A program made the position numbers and the translations under genes. The notes under the pieces were generated by a model. It made no database searches and was not told where the DNA came from. It worked only from the letters and a program-made list of their open reading frames with translations. DNA of 64,000 bases, from positions 35,765 through 99,764 of the IMG/VR virus record IMGVR_UViG_3300021375_000013; one strand, given 5' to 3'. This document shows, one piece after another, positions 29,159 through 38,218 of the stretch. This DNA comes from a virus. Within the stretch, counting starts at the first letter, position 1; every line of letters starts with the position of its first letter.

Positions 29159-29569
29159 ATGGAAGTTCTTGAGTATCTCAAACATCATGTAAAAACAGAC
29201 ATTGCACCATCTCCTATACATGGAATTGGTACATTTGCACTAACTGATATAAAAGTTGGTGAACCAGTTTTTATGTTATGGCCTAACGAAAGTAGAATTT
29301 ATACTATTGATAGAAATGAGTTTGAAGAACTTCCAAACTATTCAAAAAAAATGATTCTTAAATCATATCTAAACAAACCGGAATATCCTCTTATTTGGTT
29401 TAGATTATTTAAGGATTCTTACTTTAATTTAGCAAATCCGTTAGTTTATACTAACACCGCTGGTGAAGATGGTAACTTTGATTCAATGAAAAGAAAAGCT
29501 ATCAAACCAATTAAAGCAGGGGAAGAAATTTTAGGTAATTATAAATTAGAAGATACACTATTAAAATGA
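29159..29569 (+). CDS. SET-domain protein (putative lysine methyltransferase)
   Basis: SPIHGIGTFALTDIKVGE (motif I), YTNTA in place of NHS, AIKPIKAGEEILGNY (GEE..Y motif). Confidence 0.8.
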   Translation: MEVLEYLKHHVKTDIAPSPIHGIGTFALTDIKVGEPVFMLWPNESRIYTIDRNEFEELPNYSKKMILKSYLNKPEYPLIWFRLFKDSYFNLANPLVYTNTAGEDGNFDSMKRKAIKPIKAGEEILGNYKLEDTLLK

Positions 29570-29877
29570 CATTTGATAAATTAATTGATAACATCACCCA
29601 ATGGGCTGATGATAAAGGAATACTTGTTTCTGATAATATCCCACAACAAACTATGAAAGTTATGGAAGAGTTGGGAGAAACTGCAGGAGCAATTTTAAAA
29701 CATAAAAAGACAGATGAGGTTATCGATGGAATCGGTGATATATTTGTAACAGTTATAATTTTAAGTAAACAATTAGGGTTAGACCCAACCGAATGTTTGG
29801 AATCAGCATGGAATGAAATCAAAGATAGGAAAGGTAAAACAGTAAACGGTACATTTATAAAAGAAGAAGAACTATGA
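29566..29877 (+). CDS. MazG-like nucleotide pyrophosphohydrolase
   Basis: WADDKG, KVMEELGE, DGIGD..V, ECL..AWNEIKDRKG. Confidence 0.85.
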   Translation: MTFDKLIDNITQWADDKGILVSDNIPQQTMKVMEELGETAGAILKHKKTDEVIDGIGDIFVTVIILSKQLGLDPTECLESAWNEIKDRKGKTVNGTFIKEEEL

Positions 29878-31151
29878 GTAACTTTGTAGATACAGCAGCG
29901 GAAAACGTAAGATTCGTAATTAAGAGAAATGGTGAAAAAGTTTCATTTGAATTAAGTAAAATGAAAAGTGCAATTACCAAAGCTATGGAAAGCATCGATA
30001 AGGTAGATGTAGAAATGGTTGAAAAGATTGCAAGAAGTAGTGAAATAACTATTTATAGAAATCCAAATCATATCCCTCATGTAGATGAGATTCACGATAT
30101 AGTGGAAAACAAACTGATGGATAGTGGTTTGAATGATGTAGCAAAAGAATACATCATCTATCGTTCAAAAAATAAACCAAATATCTTTAAGAAAAGAGTA
30201 AATCTTAAACCTTACGAATATCCTCAGTTAGTAGAATACGTTGATGCTATTAGACACTCTTATTGGGTTCATACTGAGTTTAACTTTACATCAGATGTTC
30301 AAGACTTCAAAGTTCACTTGAACGAAAAAGAAAGAACTGCAGTACAAAGAGCTATGTTAGCAATCTCACAAATTGAAATCGCTGTTAAATCATTTTGGGG
30401 AGATATCTACAAAAAAATGCCAAAACCTGAGATTGGAGCAGTTGGTGCAACTTTCGCTGAATCGGAAGTTAGACATGCTGATGCATATTCCAACCTAATT
30501 CAAGTATTAGGATTAAACTCAGAGTTTGAAAATCTTTTACAGGTACCAGGTATTAGAAAAAGAATTAAATATTTAGATAAAACAATGAGTGCAAGTAGGT
30601 CAATTGAAAACAAAGATTACTTTGAATCAGTTGTTTTATTTTCAATGTTTATCGAAAACGTATCGTTGTTCTCACAATTTTTAGTTATTATGTCTTTCAA
30701 CAAATACAAAAATGTATTGAAAGGTACTAGTAATGCAGTTGAGGCAACATCAAAAGAAGAAAAGATTCATGCAGAATTTGGATTTGATTTAGTAAATACA
30801 ATCAAACAAGAAAATCCAACTTGGTGGACTGATGAATTAAAAGAAGATTTAGTTGATGCAACCTTAGATGCTTACGATGCAGAAGCAGATATAGTTGAGT
30901 GGATTTTTGAAGAAGGTGATTTGGATTTCCTTACCAAAGAACAAACTTTAGAATTTATTAAACATAGATTCAACGAATCATTAAACGCTATTGGTATTGA
31001 TAGTGTATTTAGTGTAGATGAAAAATCATTAGAAACTACTGAGTGGTTCGATGATGAGATTCTAACTACAAAACATACTGATTTCTTCAATAAGAGAAGT
31101 ATTAATTATAGTAAAAAACAAAAGTCAATCACAGAAGATGACTTATTTTAA
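29874..31151 (+). CDS. nrdB: Ribonucleotide reductase beta subunit with N-terminal ATP-cone
   Basis: VIKRNG.K..F...K...AI ATP-cone; KPYEYP, W.H.E, QIEIAVK, ESEVRHADAY, FIENVSLFSQF, KEEKIH, DFF..R...Y. Confidence 0.92.
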   Translation: MSNFVDTAAENVRFVIKRNGEKVSFELSKMKSAITKAMESIDKVDVEMVEKIARSSEITIYRNPNHIPHVDEIHDIVENKLMDSGLNDVAKEYIIYRSKNKPNIFKKRVNLKPYEYPQLVEYVDAIRHSYWVHTEFNFTSDVQDFKVHLNEKERTAVQRAMLAISQIEIAVKSFWGDIYKKMPKPEIGAVGATFAESEVRHADAYSNLIQVLGLNSEFENLLQVPGIRKRIKYLDKTMSASRSIENKDYFESVVLFSMFIENVSLFSQFLVIMSFNKYKNVLKGTSNAVEATSKEEKIHAEFGFDLVNTIKQENPTWWTDELKEDLVDATLDAYDAEADIVEWIFEEGDLDFLTKEQTLEFIKHRFNESLNAIGIDSVFSVDEKSLETTEWFDDEILTTKHTDFFNKRSINYSKKQKSITEDDLF

Positions 31152-31168
31152 AAAGTTATAGATAAATT

Positions 31169-32875
31169 ATGAACGATAGAAAACCCTTTGAGTGGATTAA
31201 TGAAGAATCCATCACCTTTCTTAGAAGAGGATATCTAAGTGAAGGAGAAGAACCCTTAGAAAGAATTAGAATCATTGCAGACCATGCTGAGAAATTATTA
31301 GGAATCGAAGGGTTTGCTGATAAGTTTTATGGATATATGAGTAAAGGATGGTATTCATTATCATCACCAGTATGGGCAAATTTTGGTAAACAAAGAGGAT
31401 TACCTGTAAGTTGTTTTGGTTCAAATATTGGAGATAATATTGAATCAATTCTTTTTACACAAGCTGAAGTTGGTGAGATGAGTAAAATGGGAGGTGGTAC
31501 TTCTGGTTACTTTGGAAACCTAAGAGGTAGAGGAGCACCAATTACTGATAATGGTCATGCACCAGGCGCTGTTCACTTTATGAACTTATTTCAAAGTGTA
31601 GTAGATAATATTTCTCAAGGTTCAACTCGAAGAGGTAGATTCTCACCTTACTTACCAATTGAACATCCAGATATTATGGAGTTCTTAGAAATTGGAACTG
31701 AAGGAGCATCGATTCAAGACTTAACACATGCAGTAACTGTTACTGACCAATTTATGGAAGAAATGATTGGTGGTGATAAAAAGAAAAGAGCTGCTTGGGC
31801 AAAAGTAATTCAAAGAAGAGGAGAAATCGGATATCCTTATATTATGTTCCACGATACTATGAACAAAAACACTGTTGATGTTTATAAAGAAAAAGGAGCA
31901 AAAATCTATAACTCAAATCTATGTTCAGAAATTGCTCTTCATAACTCAGAAGAAGAATCATTTGTATGTGTACTTTCATCTATGAACGTATTACATTATG
32001 ATGAATGGAAGGATACTGATGCAGTAGAAACTCTAACTTATTTCTTAGATGCAGTTGTAACTGAATTTTGTACTAAAATAGAAGCATATAGAGATAATGG
32101 TACTATTGAAGGTAAGAGAGCATTTATGTATATGGAAAAAGCTTACAACTTCGCTAAAAGACAAAGAGCATTAGGTTTAGGTGTTTTGGGATGGCATTCA
32201 CTTTTACAATCTAAAGGATTGGCATTCGATACTAAAGATAGTGCAAAATTAAATGTTGAAGTATTCAAACTAATCAAAGATAAATCATATAAAGCATCCG
32301 AAGAGATGGCACAAAAATATGGTGAACCTGAATACTTAGTTGGATATGGTAGAAGAAACGTTACTCTTAATGCAGTAGCACCAACCACATCTTCGGCATT
32401 TATTTTAGGACAAGTTTCACAATCAATTGAACCTATTTGGTCAAATTGTTATGTGAAGGATGTTGCCAAAATGAAGGTAACTATTATGAATCCAATCCTT
32501 AAAAAATTACTTATTGAATTAGGTAAAGATACTAAGGCAACTTGGAATAGTATTAAAAAAGCAGATGGTTCAGTACAACATTTGGAATTCTTAACTGATG
32601 AACAAAAAGATGTATTCAGAACATTTGCAGAAATCAATCAATCATCTATTATTAATCAAGCAGCAATCAGACAAGATTTCATTGACCAATCACAATCATT
32701 GAATATAATGGTTTCACCTGATATGCCAACTAAGACTATTAATAAATTATTGATTGATGCATGGAAGTTAGGAGTTAAAACTCTTTACTACCAACATTCG
32801 ATGAATTCAGCACAAGCGTTTGCTAGAAAGAAATTAAATCTTAATGATTTAGCATGTGTAGCTTGTGAAGGTTAA
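31169..32875 (+). CDS. nrdA: Ribonucleotide reductase alpha subunit (class I, no ATP-cone)
   Basis: LPVSCF, GGGTS, SNLCSEI, VCVLSS, LGLGVLG, APTTSS, IDQSQS, GVKTLYY, C-terminal CVACEG. Confidence 0.95.
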   Translation: MNDRKPFEWINEESITFLRRGYLSEGEEPLERIRIIADHAEKLLGIEGFADKFYGYMSKGWYSLSSPVWANFGKQRGLPVSCFGSNIGDNIESILFTQAEVGEMSKMGGGTSGYFGNLRGRGAPITDNGHAPGAVHFMNLFQSVVDNISQGSTRRGRFSPYLPIEHPDIMEFLEIGTEGASIQDLTHAVTVTDQFMEEMIGGDKKKRAAWAKVIQRRGEIGYPYIMFHDTMNKNTVDVYKEKGAKIYNSNLCSEIALHNSEEESFVCVLSSMNVLHYDEWKDTDAVETLTYFLDAVVTEFCTKIEAYRDNGTIEGKRAFMYMEKAYNFAKRQRALGLGVLGWHSLLQSKGLAFDTKDSAKLNVEVFKLIKDKSYKASEEMAQKYGEPEYLVGYGRRNVTLNAVAPTTSSAFILGQVSQSIEPIWSNCYVKDVAKMKVTIMNPILKKLLIELGKDTKATWNSIKKADGSVQHLEFLTDEQKDVFRTFAEINQSSIINQAAIRQDFIDQSQSLNIMVSPDMPTKTINKLLIDAWKLGVKTLYYQHSMNSAQAFARKKLNLNDLACVACEG

Positions 32876-32898
32876 ATTAAAAATTAAATTATAAAGTT

Positions 32899-33162
32899 AT
32901 GGTAGAAATCAAAAAATTCGAAGCAGATTGGTGTGGTCCTTGTAGGATGTTAAAACCAACATTTGAAAAATTAGAAGAATCATTTGGAAATTCGGTAAAA
33001 TTTTCGTATATTAACGTAGATGAAAACCAAGATGAAGCAGCTAAGTATTCAGTTCGTTCAATCCCAACAGTTATTATTGAAAAAAATGGGGAGATTACTG
33101 AAAGACTTACAGGCGCACAATCAGAGTTAGCATATAAGAATGCGTTAAACGAATCTTTATAA
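32899..33162 (+). CDS. trxA: Thioredoxin
   Basis: F.ADWCGPC, VRSIPT. Confidence 0.95.
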   Translation: MVEIKKFEADWCGPCRMLKPTFEKLEESFGNSVKFSYINVDENQDEAAKYSVRSIPTVIIEKNGEITERLTGAQSELAYKNALNESL

Positions 33163-33165
33163 AGA

Positions 33166-33369
33166 ATGCCAATACTAAGGGGACAGACTCATCCTTCCGC
33201 AAAATTAACGGATGAGCAAGTTTTAAATATCAGAAAACTATGGAAAATGGGACACCGAAATGTTCGAGTTATGGCTCGTAACAATAAGTGTTCTTCAGCC
33301 AACATCATTAAGATTGTTAAAAATCAAACTTGGACACACTTGAATGAATTTTGGTCTGGTAGTTTATGA
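33166..33369 (+). CDS. Small HTH DNA-binding protein (HNH-associated C-terminal type)
   Basis: RGQTHPSAKLTDEQV..IR...I..I....TW.H; no nuclease domain. Confidence 0.6.
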   Translation: MPILRGQTHPSAKLTDEQVLNIRKLWKMGHRNVRVMARNNKCSSANIIKIVKNQTWTHLNEFWSGSL

Positions 33370-34133
33370 AAGAAGAAAAAACATATTGTGATACTTCGAA
33401 ACTTTCCATTCGTCTTATCACAAAATCAGTAGCTAAAGATATCATTGTAAACAACCATTATAGTGGTTTGTGGACAAAGGTATCTTACGCAATTGGTTTG
33501 TTTACTTCAGATGTTGAGGAACATCCCTTCTTTGATAATATAGAAGATAAACTAATTGGAGTAGCTTGTTATGGAGACCCAATTGGTAGAAGTGCTGGGC
33601 AATCGATTTCCCCTTTATTAGAAAGAACCGAAGTTTTAGAACTAACCCGATTATTTGTATTTGATAATTATGGTTCAAATATAGAGAGTTGGTTCTTAGG
33701 TCAAACTTTTGATTGGTTAAGGGAGAATGTACCACAAATCAAAGCACTTATTTCATATTCAGACCCTAAAGAAGGTCATTGTGGTACAATTTACCAAGCA
33801 ACTAATTGGTTGTATCAAGGTAATAAATTAAGATTCAATGATAGTTGGGATTTCAGATGGGAAGAAGGTGGTGAATGGCACCACGGAAGAACTTCCTATG
33901 TAAAATTTGGAACAAATAATCCCAAAGAAATACAAAAAATGACACCATCTACATTTTGGATAAAGAAGAATCCAAGAAAACATAGATATGTGTACATTTT
34001 AACCAAAGGTGGTGAAAGAAGGAAGTTGTTAAAGAATATTAAACACCCAACTTTCCCTTATCCTAAAGAAAATGAAGAATTTGTGGAAGAAATTCATAGA
34101 ATGGACCCAATAAATTTGGAAATTACAAAATAA
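33366..34133 (+). CDS. mom: Mom-family GNAT-fold DNA modification protein, copy 1
   Basis: NHYS, LIGVACYG, LELTRL, NIES, ISYSD..EGH.GTIYQATNW.Y.G, KHRYVY. Confidence 0.8.
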   Translation: MKEEKTYCDTSKLSIRLITKSVAKDIIVNNHYSGLWTKVSYAIGLFTSDVEEHPFFDNIEDKLIGVACYGDPIGRSAGQSISPLLERTEVLELTRLFVFDNYGSNIESWFLGQTFDWLRENVPQIKALISYSDPKEGHCGTIYQATNWLYQGNKLRFNDSWDFRWEEGGEWHHGRTSYVKFGTNNPKEIQKMTPSTFWIKKNPRKHRYVYILTKGGERRKLLKNIKHPTFPYPKENEEFVEEIHRMDPINLEITK

Positions 34134-34146
34134 TTTATTATATTAG
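34115..34146 (+). promoter_or_regulatory. Bacteroidota-type promoter
   Basis: TTTG-N20-TATATTAG. Confidence 0.65.
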
Positions 34147-34153
34147 TAAAATT

Positions 34154-34312
34154 ATGACAGAAGAAAGAGAAATAGAAGAAATTCTAATGGAATCTCACTC
34201 ATTTGGGTTGAGAAACGAAGTGATGAAAACTGCTTCTGAAATTATGGGTAGTAATCCTAAGATAAGAAGAGTAGATGCGTATCACCAAGCTTTTAATGAA
34301 TGGGTAAAGTAG
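34154..34312 (+). CDS. Small hypothetical protein, 52 aa (not in ORF track)
   Basis: Manual translation MTEEREIEEILMESHSFGLRNEVMKTASEIMGSNPKIRRVDAYHQAFNEWVK; fills the gap between the promoter and mom copy 2. Confidence 0.6.
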   Translation: MTEEREIEEILMESHSFGLRNEVMKTASEIMGSNPKIRRVDAYHQAFNEWVK

Positions 34313-35106
34313 AAGGAAAACATTATTGTGATGCAACTAAGGTGAGTATAGCACCTATTTCTAAATCTATCGCTAAAGATATGATTATTAAGAAACATTA
34401 TACTCATGCTTGGACTATGTGTAGATATGCTTTAGGTATTTACCATCAGATGGAAGAAAACGATATCTTTGGAAACGATAAAAAGTTAATAGGGGTAGCT
34501 GTATATGGATTTCCAGTAGGAGCAAAAGCATCCACTTCAGTTTGTGAAGGCTTAACAAAAGATAATATCTTAGAACTTACTCGTTTATATGTTGATGATG
34601 GTTATGGTTCTAATATAGAGAGTTGTTCATTAGGAAAAACGTTTCAATGGTTAAAGGATAACGATAAAAATATCAAAGTTCTTCTATCTTACGCTAATAA
34701 TGGACAAGGACACTTAGGTGGGATTTACAAAGCAACCAATTGGATTTATCAAGGTTTGAATACCGATATCGCTTTGATGCCAAATTGGGGTATCTCACTA
34801 ACCAAAGAACCTTATGATTGGTTACATAGTAGAACTGTGTTTAATAAATGGGGAAGTGGTAACTTAGAACACCTTAGAAAAGAAATTGGTAAACAAGGTT
34901 ACAAAGAATTTTGGAGAAGAGAAGAACCACCAAAACATAGATACATTCAAATACTATCTCAGAATAAAAAAGAGAAAAAGGATTTGATGAAAAGGTTGAA
35001 GCATGAAATCAAACCTTATCCAAAAGAGTTGAATGATTACAATACTGAAGTGGTACATCATACAACATATGCACCTGAAGAAAGTAACGAAATAAACTTT
35101 TGGTAA
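34300..35106 (+). CDS. mom: Mom-family GNAT-fold DNA modification protein, copy 2
   Basis: KHYT, LIGVAVYG, LELTRL, NIES, LSYAN..QGH.GGIYKATNW.Y.G, KHRY. Confidence 0.8.
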   Translation: MGKVEGKHYCDATKVSIAPISKSIAKDMIIKKHYTHAWTMCRYALGIYHQMEENDIFGNDKKLIGVAVYGFPVGAKASTSVCEGLTKDNILELTRLYVDDGYGSNIESCSLGKTFQWLKDNDKNIKVLLSYANNGQGHLGGIYKATNWIYQGLNTDIALMPNWGISLTKEPYDWLHSRTVFNKWGSGNLEHLRKEIGKQGYKEFWRREEPPKHRYIQILSQNKKEKKDLMKRLKHEIKPYPKELNDYNTEVVHHTTYAPEESNEINFW

Positions 35107-35123
35107 AAAAAAGTGAAAAAATA

Positions 35124-35155
35124 TTTGGATAATTAAAAAATTATCATTATATTAG
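35124..35155 (+). promoter_or_regulatory. Bacteroidota-type promoter
   Basis: TTTG-N20-TATATTAG. Confidence 0.65.
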
Positions 35156-35228
35156 TATTAATGTTTAACAAAGCTGAAGATGAGGGTATTTAAATCCCCA
35201 AAATGACTCAGTATTAATTTTTAAAAAT

Positions 35229-37208
35229 ATGGAAATTTCAAATTTTAAGGTTGCTAGGTTTAAGGCAACGGCAGAAACCAAAAATGAGTTGATAGATGTT
35301 ATTAAAAAATATCAACCAAAAGTGAGTAAGTTATTGAAAGATGAACAAATCGGAAAACTCACAATTCACACATCAAGAAAAAATTTATTACAAAATTATC
35401 AACTAAATGAACATGATTCCAAAGATTTAATGGAAGAATATTCTTTGGTTGATTATGGTGGAACACAATTCAGAAATCATATAATTAATCGTTATATGAA
35501 TGAATCTGATTCTGGATTAAGAACGCAAGCTAGATTGGTAATCGAAGGTATTATGGGAGTTTGTGTTATTGATTATATTCCATTTGGTTGGTCAAATGGT
35601 GATTCTTTGGAAATTGGTTCTACTGATAAAGGTAACTTCCTTAGAGGACATACAATGATTTTCTCTAATGAAGTACAACCATCTCAATTACAAACTAAAA
35701 TACCAACTTTAAGATTTACAAAAAGTAAACTTACACAAATTATAGATTCATCAGCTGCATTGAGTACTCCTCAGTTATCGAATTTACGAAGAGAGTTTCA
35801 AAGTAAGTTGGATGATAAGTTTCAATATACTATTAGAGAAGCATTTGATACAATTGGTAGAGGCGATTTAGTAGATGATTATTTAAATTCTGAATGTACT
35901 TTAAATATTGTTATTGGTGATGATGATGTTATCATCAAAGAAATGATTGATACAAACAATATCTTTAACCTTTGGGAATCTGTTGTATATGCATATTGTT
36001 CTATTTCTAAAGATAGTAAAGAAACTGATTTGGGTAATGTGTTATCCGATATATTTTCAGAAAACAATAAATCATATACGGATTTCTTAGAGAAAAAATA
36101 TCTATCAAAAATAAAAAAGAAATTATCTTCTTGTAAAGAGTATTATCTATTACCTGTACTTTTATTAGAGGGATATAAAAACGGATTCGGAAGAATAAAT
36201 TCAGATACAAAAAATAAAATTAAATTTTTAGAATTGTGTGAAAAATATGCAGATGTTAACTCCAAAAATTGGATGCAATCACCGATAGTTGATTTTACAT
36301 CAAAGTATATTTCTAAAACTCCTTCTTTAAATTTTGATGATTCCATTAAGTTTATTGGTTTGTTGGGTGATAGAAGTATAACTAAAGAATTCGATGAGTT
36401 TACTAAAGTTGTTCAAAGTTTAGAAACAGCAATAGATAAGCACATTGATGTTGATGAGATAAACAAAGATGGTTATAAGAAAAATGATTTAAGTAAATTT
36501 AGATTTACTGGTTCTGCTGCATCTGAAGAAACTTTGTTGTATTTCTTTTCTAAGATATATTATAAGTTATCTAAGAAACAAAGTTTTCACACCAAACATA
36601 TAACCTTTATTTTGAGTAGACTGAGAAAAACATTAGAATCATCATTCGAAACGAAAAAAGATGGTAGATTATTCCTTACAGAATCATCGATAAAGGATGG
36701 TTTGAAAAAGGCAATTACAAATGCTGGTTACAAATATAGAATTGAACTTAGTGATAGTTTATTCGAATCGGCATTTAGTGATTATGATAATGAGTATGGT
36801 TCTAAGAGTAAAAATGCTGAATTTAAAAGAAAAGAAGTAGAACTTTTAACTAAATTATGGGAAGAGGCTAAAATTAAAAATACACCAATTCCATTTGTAG
36901 TTCCAACTGGTAAACTAAATGATGAGGAGTTTCTACACTTTGATGATATTAGAGATAATTCATTTTCTATGGATTGGTCTCATATTGAATCTGGTGTTGA
37001 TAAATTTGAAAATGGTTACTTATGGGGTGATATCCAAAGAGGAGTTGGAGCTAGTTCTCAGTACCTATATGATTCCAAATTAGATGCATATACTACAATG
37101 GTAGATGTTATGGAAGATTCTAAATTGAATCCTGCTGGTGTGGTACTTTGGAAAATGGTTTTAGATTATTGGAAAGCTAACTATAAAGCAGATTTAACTG
37201 ATTTTTAA
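35229..37208 (+). CDS. Hypothetical 659 aa protein; faint ParB/DUF262-like N-terminus and HNH-like C-terminus
   Basis: Long ORF with its own promoter. Only weak resemblance: TQFR...STDKGNFLR and DWSHI...ENG. Confidence 0.3.
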   Translation: MEISNFKVARFKATAETKNELIDVIKKYQPKVSKLLKDEQIGKLTIHTSRKNLLQNYQLNEHDSKDLMEEYSLVDYGGTQFRNHIINRYMNESDSGLRTQARLVIEGIMGVCVIDYIPFGWSNGDSLEIGSTDKGNFLRGHTMIFSNEVQPSQLQTKIPTLRFTKSKLTQIIDSSAALSTPQLSNLRREFQSKLDDKFQYTIREAFDTIGRGDLVDDYLNSECTLNIVIGDDDVIIKEMIDTNNIFNLWESVVYAYCSISKDSKETDLGNVLSDIFSENNKSYTDFLEKKYLSKIKKKLSSCKEYYLLPVLLLEGYKNGFGRINSDTKNKIKFLELCEKYADVNSKNWMQSPIVDFTSKYISKTPSLNFDDSIKFIGLLGDRSITKEFDEFTKVVQSLETAIDKHIDVDEINKDGYKKNDLSKFRFTGSAASEETLLYFFSKIYYKLSKKQSFHTKHITFILSRLRKTLESSFETKKDGRLFLTESSIKDGLKKAITNAGYKYRIELSDSLFESAFSDYDNEYGSKSKNAEFKRKEVELLTKLWEEAKIKNTPIPFVVPTGKLNDEEFLHFDDIRDNSFSMDWSHIESGVDKFENGYLWGDIQRGVGASSQYLYDSKLDAYTTMVDVMEDSKLNPAGVVLWKMVLDYWKANYKADLTDF

Positions 37209-37211
37209 TCT

Positions 37212-37541
37212 ATGTTTCATATAAAAGGAGAATTTTACAATAAGATTAGTGAGTGGGTAACATCAAACCCCACTCACTCCTTTTATTTATATTCATCTCA
37301 ACAAACTGATGCTAATTTTTATGATTTTTGTTCAGCAGTTTTGGATAATGATAAAATACCAGTAATCATTACAAATGTTGGTGGGTTTGATAATAGATAT
37401 CCTTTGAATTTGAGACAAGCTATGAATCTATCGGATGAGGTTAGGGTTTACGAATCAGCTAAAATGGGTATGGATTTGGTATTGGAAACCAAAGCTAAAT
37501 TGTTTATAAAAACTAACGGAGGTATTTTATGGATACAATAG
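37212..37541 (+). CDS. Hypothetical protein
   Basis: 109 aa ORF in operon context; no recognised motif. Confidence 0.5.
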   Translation: MFHIKGEFYNKISEWVTSNPTHSFYLYSSQQTDANFYDFCSAVLDNDKIPVIITNVGGFDNRYPLNLRQAMNLSDEVRVYESAKMGMDLVLETKAKLFIKTNGGILWIQ

Positions 37542-38218
37542 TAGTTTATATAGAGAATGAAAATAAACATTTCAATTTGGTAAAATCTTTTGAAATGTTA
37601 AATATAAATCATCATAGATTGTATGAAGGTGGTGAATGGACTGGTATGTTTGAAAAGTTACAAATCTATATAGATGGACTTTCTAAATTAGATAATGAAT
37701 GGGTTATTTTATCCGATTCTCGTGATGTTTTGTTTTATAAAAATATAGATGAAATAAACGAAGTATATAAGACTTATTTTTCGGATAAAGATATAGTTAT
37801 ACAGGGAGAAGATGCAGAAGATGGTGATGTTTACTTTAGAGTAACGAATATGAAACGATATTCTTTTTCAGATACTCTTTACAAATATCCATGTAGTGGA
37901 TTGATTATGGGTAAACGAAAAGTAATTATAGATTTCTTTAAAGAAATTATAGATAAAGTTCCTTCTGAATGGGCAATAGCTGACCAACCAGCGGTTGAAT
38001 GGGGAATGGCAAATTTAGATTACAATATTTCATTGGATACCGAATGTAGATTATTTCAACAAATGGGAATGGGTGATTATAGTGGTGTAAATTTTAATCT
38101 CCATTTTAATAAGAATTTTATAAGAAATACACATACAAATACCGAACCTTGTATCTTTCATGGTGCTGGTGGTACTTTTTTAAATCAGGTTTGGAAAATA
38201 ATAAATAAAAAATATTAA
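37529..38218 (+). CDS. GT-A glycosyltransferase resembling the PLOD/LH3 glycosyltransferase domain
   Basis: G.EW.G...K, VILSDSRDV, YPCSGLIMG, DQ, LD..C.LFQ, P.IFHGAG. Confidence 0.65.
   Translation: MDTIVVYIENENKHFNLVKSFEMLNINHHRLYEGGEWTGMFEKLQIYIDGLSKLDNEWVILSDSRDVLFYKNIDEINEVYKTYFSDKDIVIQGEDAEDGDVYFRVTNMKRYSFSDTLYKYPCSGLIMGKRKVIIDFFKEIIDKVPSEWAIADQPAVEWGMANLDYNISLDTECRLFQQMGMGDYSGVNFNLHFNKNFIRNTHTNTEPCIFHGAGGTFLNQVWKIINKKY

Noticed and set aside
33166-33369. Homing endonuclease or mobile intron near nrdA
   Set aside because: Only the small DNA-binding tail is present, with no HNH/GIY-YIG domain. nrdA, nrdB, polB, uvsX and helicase are uninterrupted, with no sign of introns or inteins.
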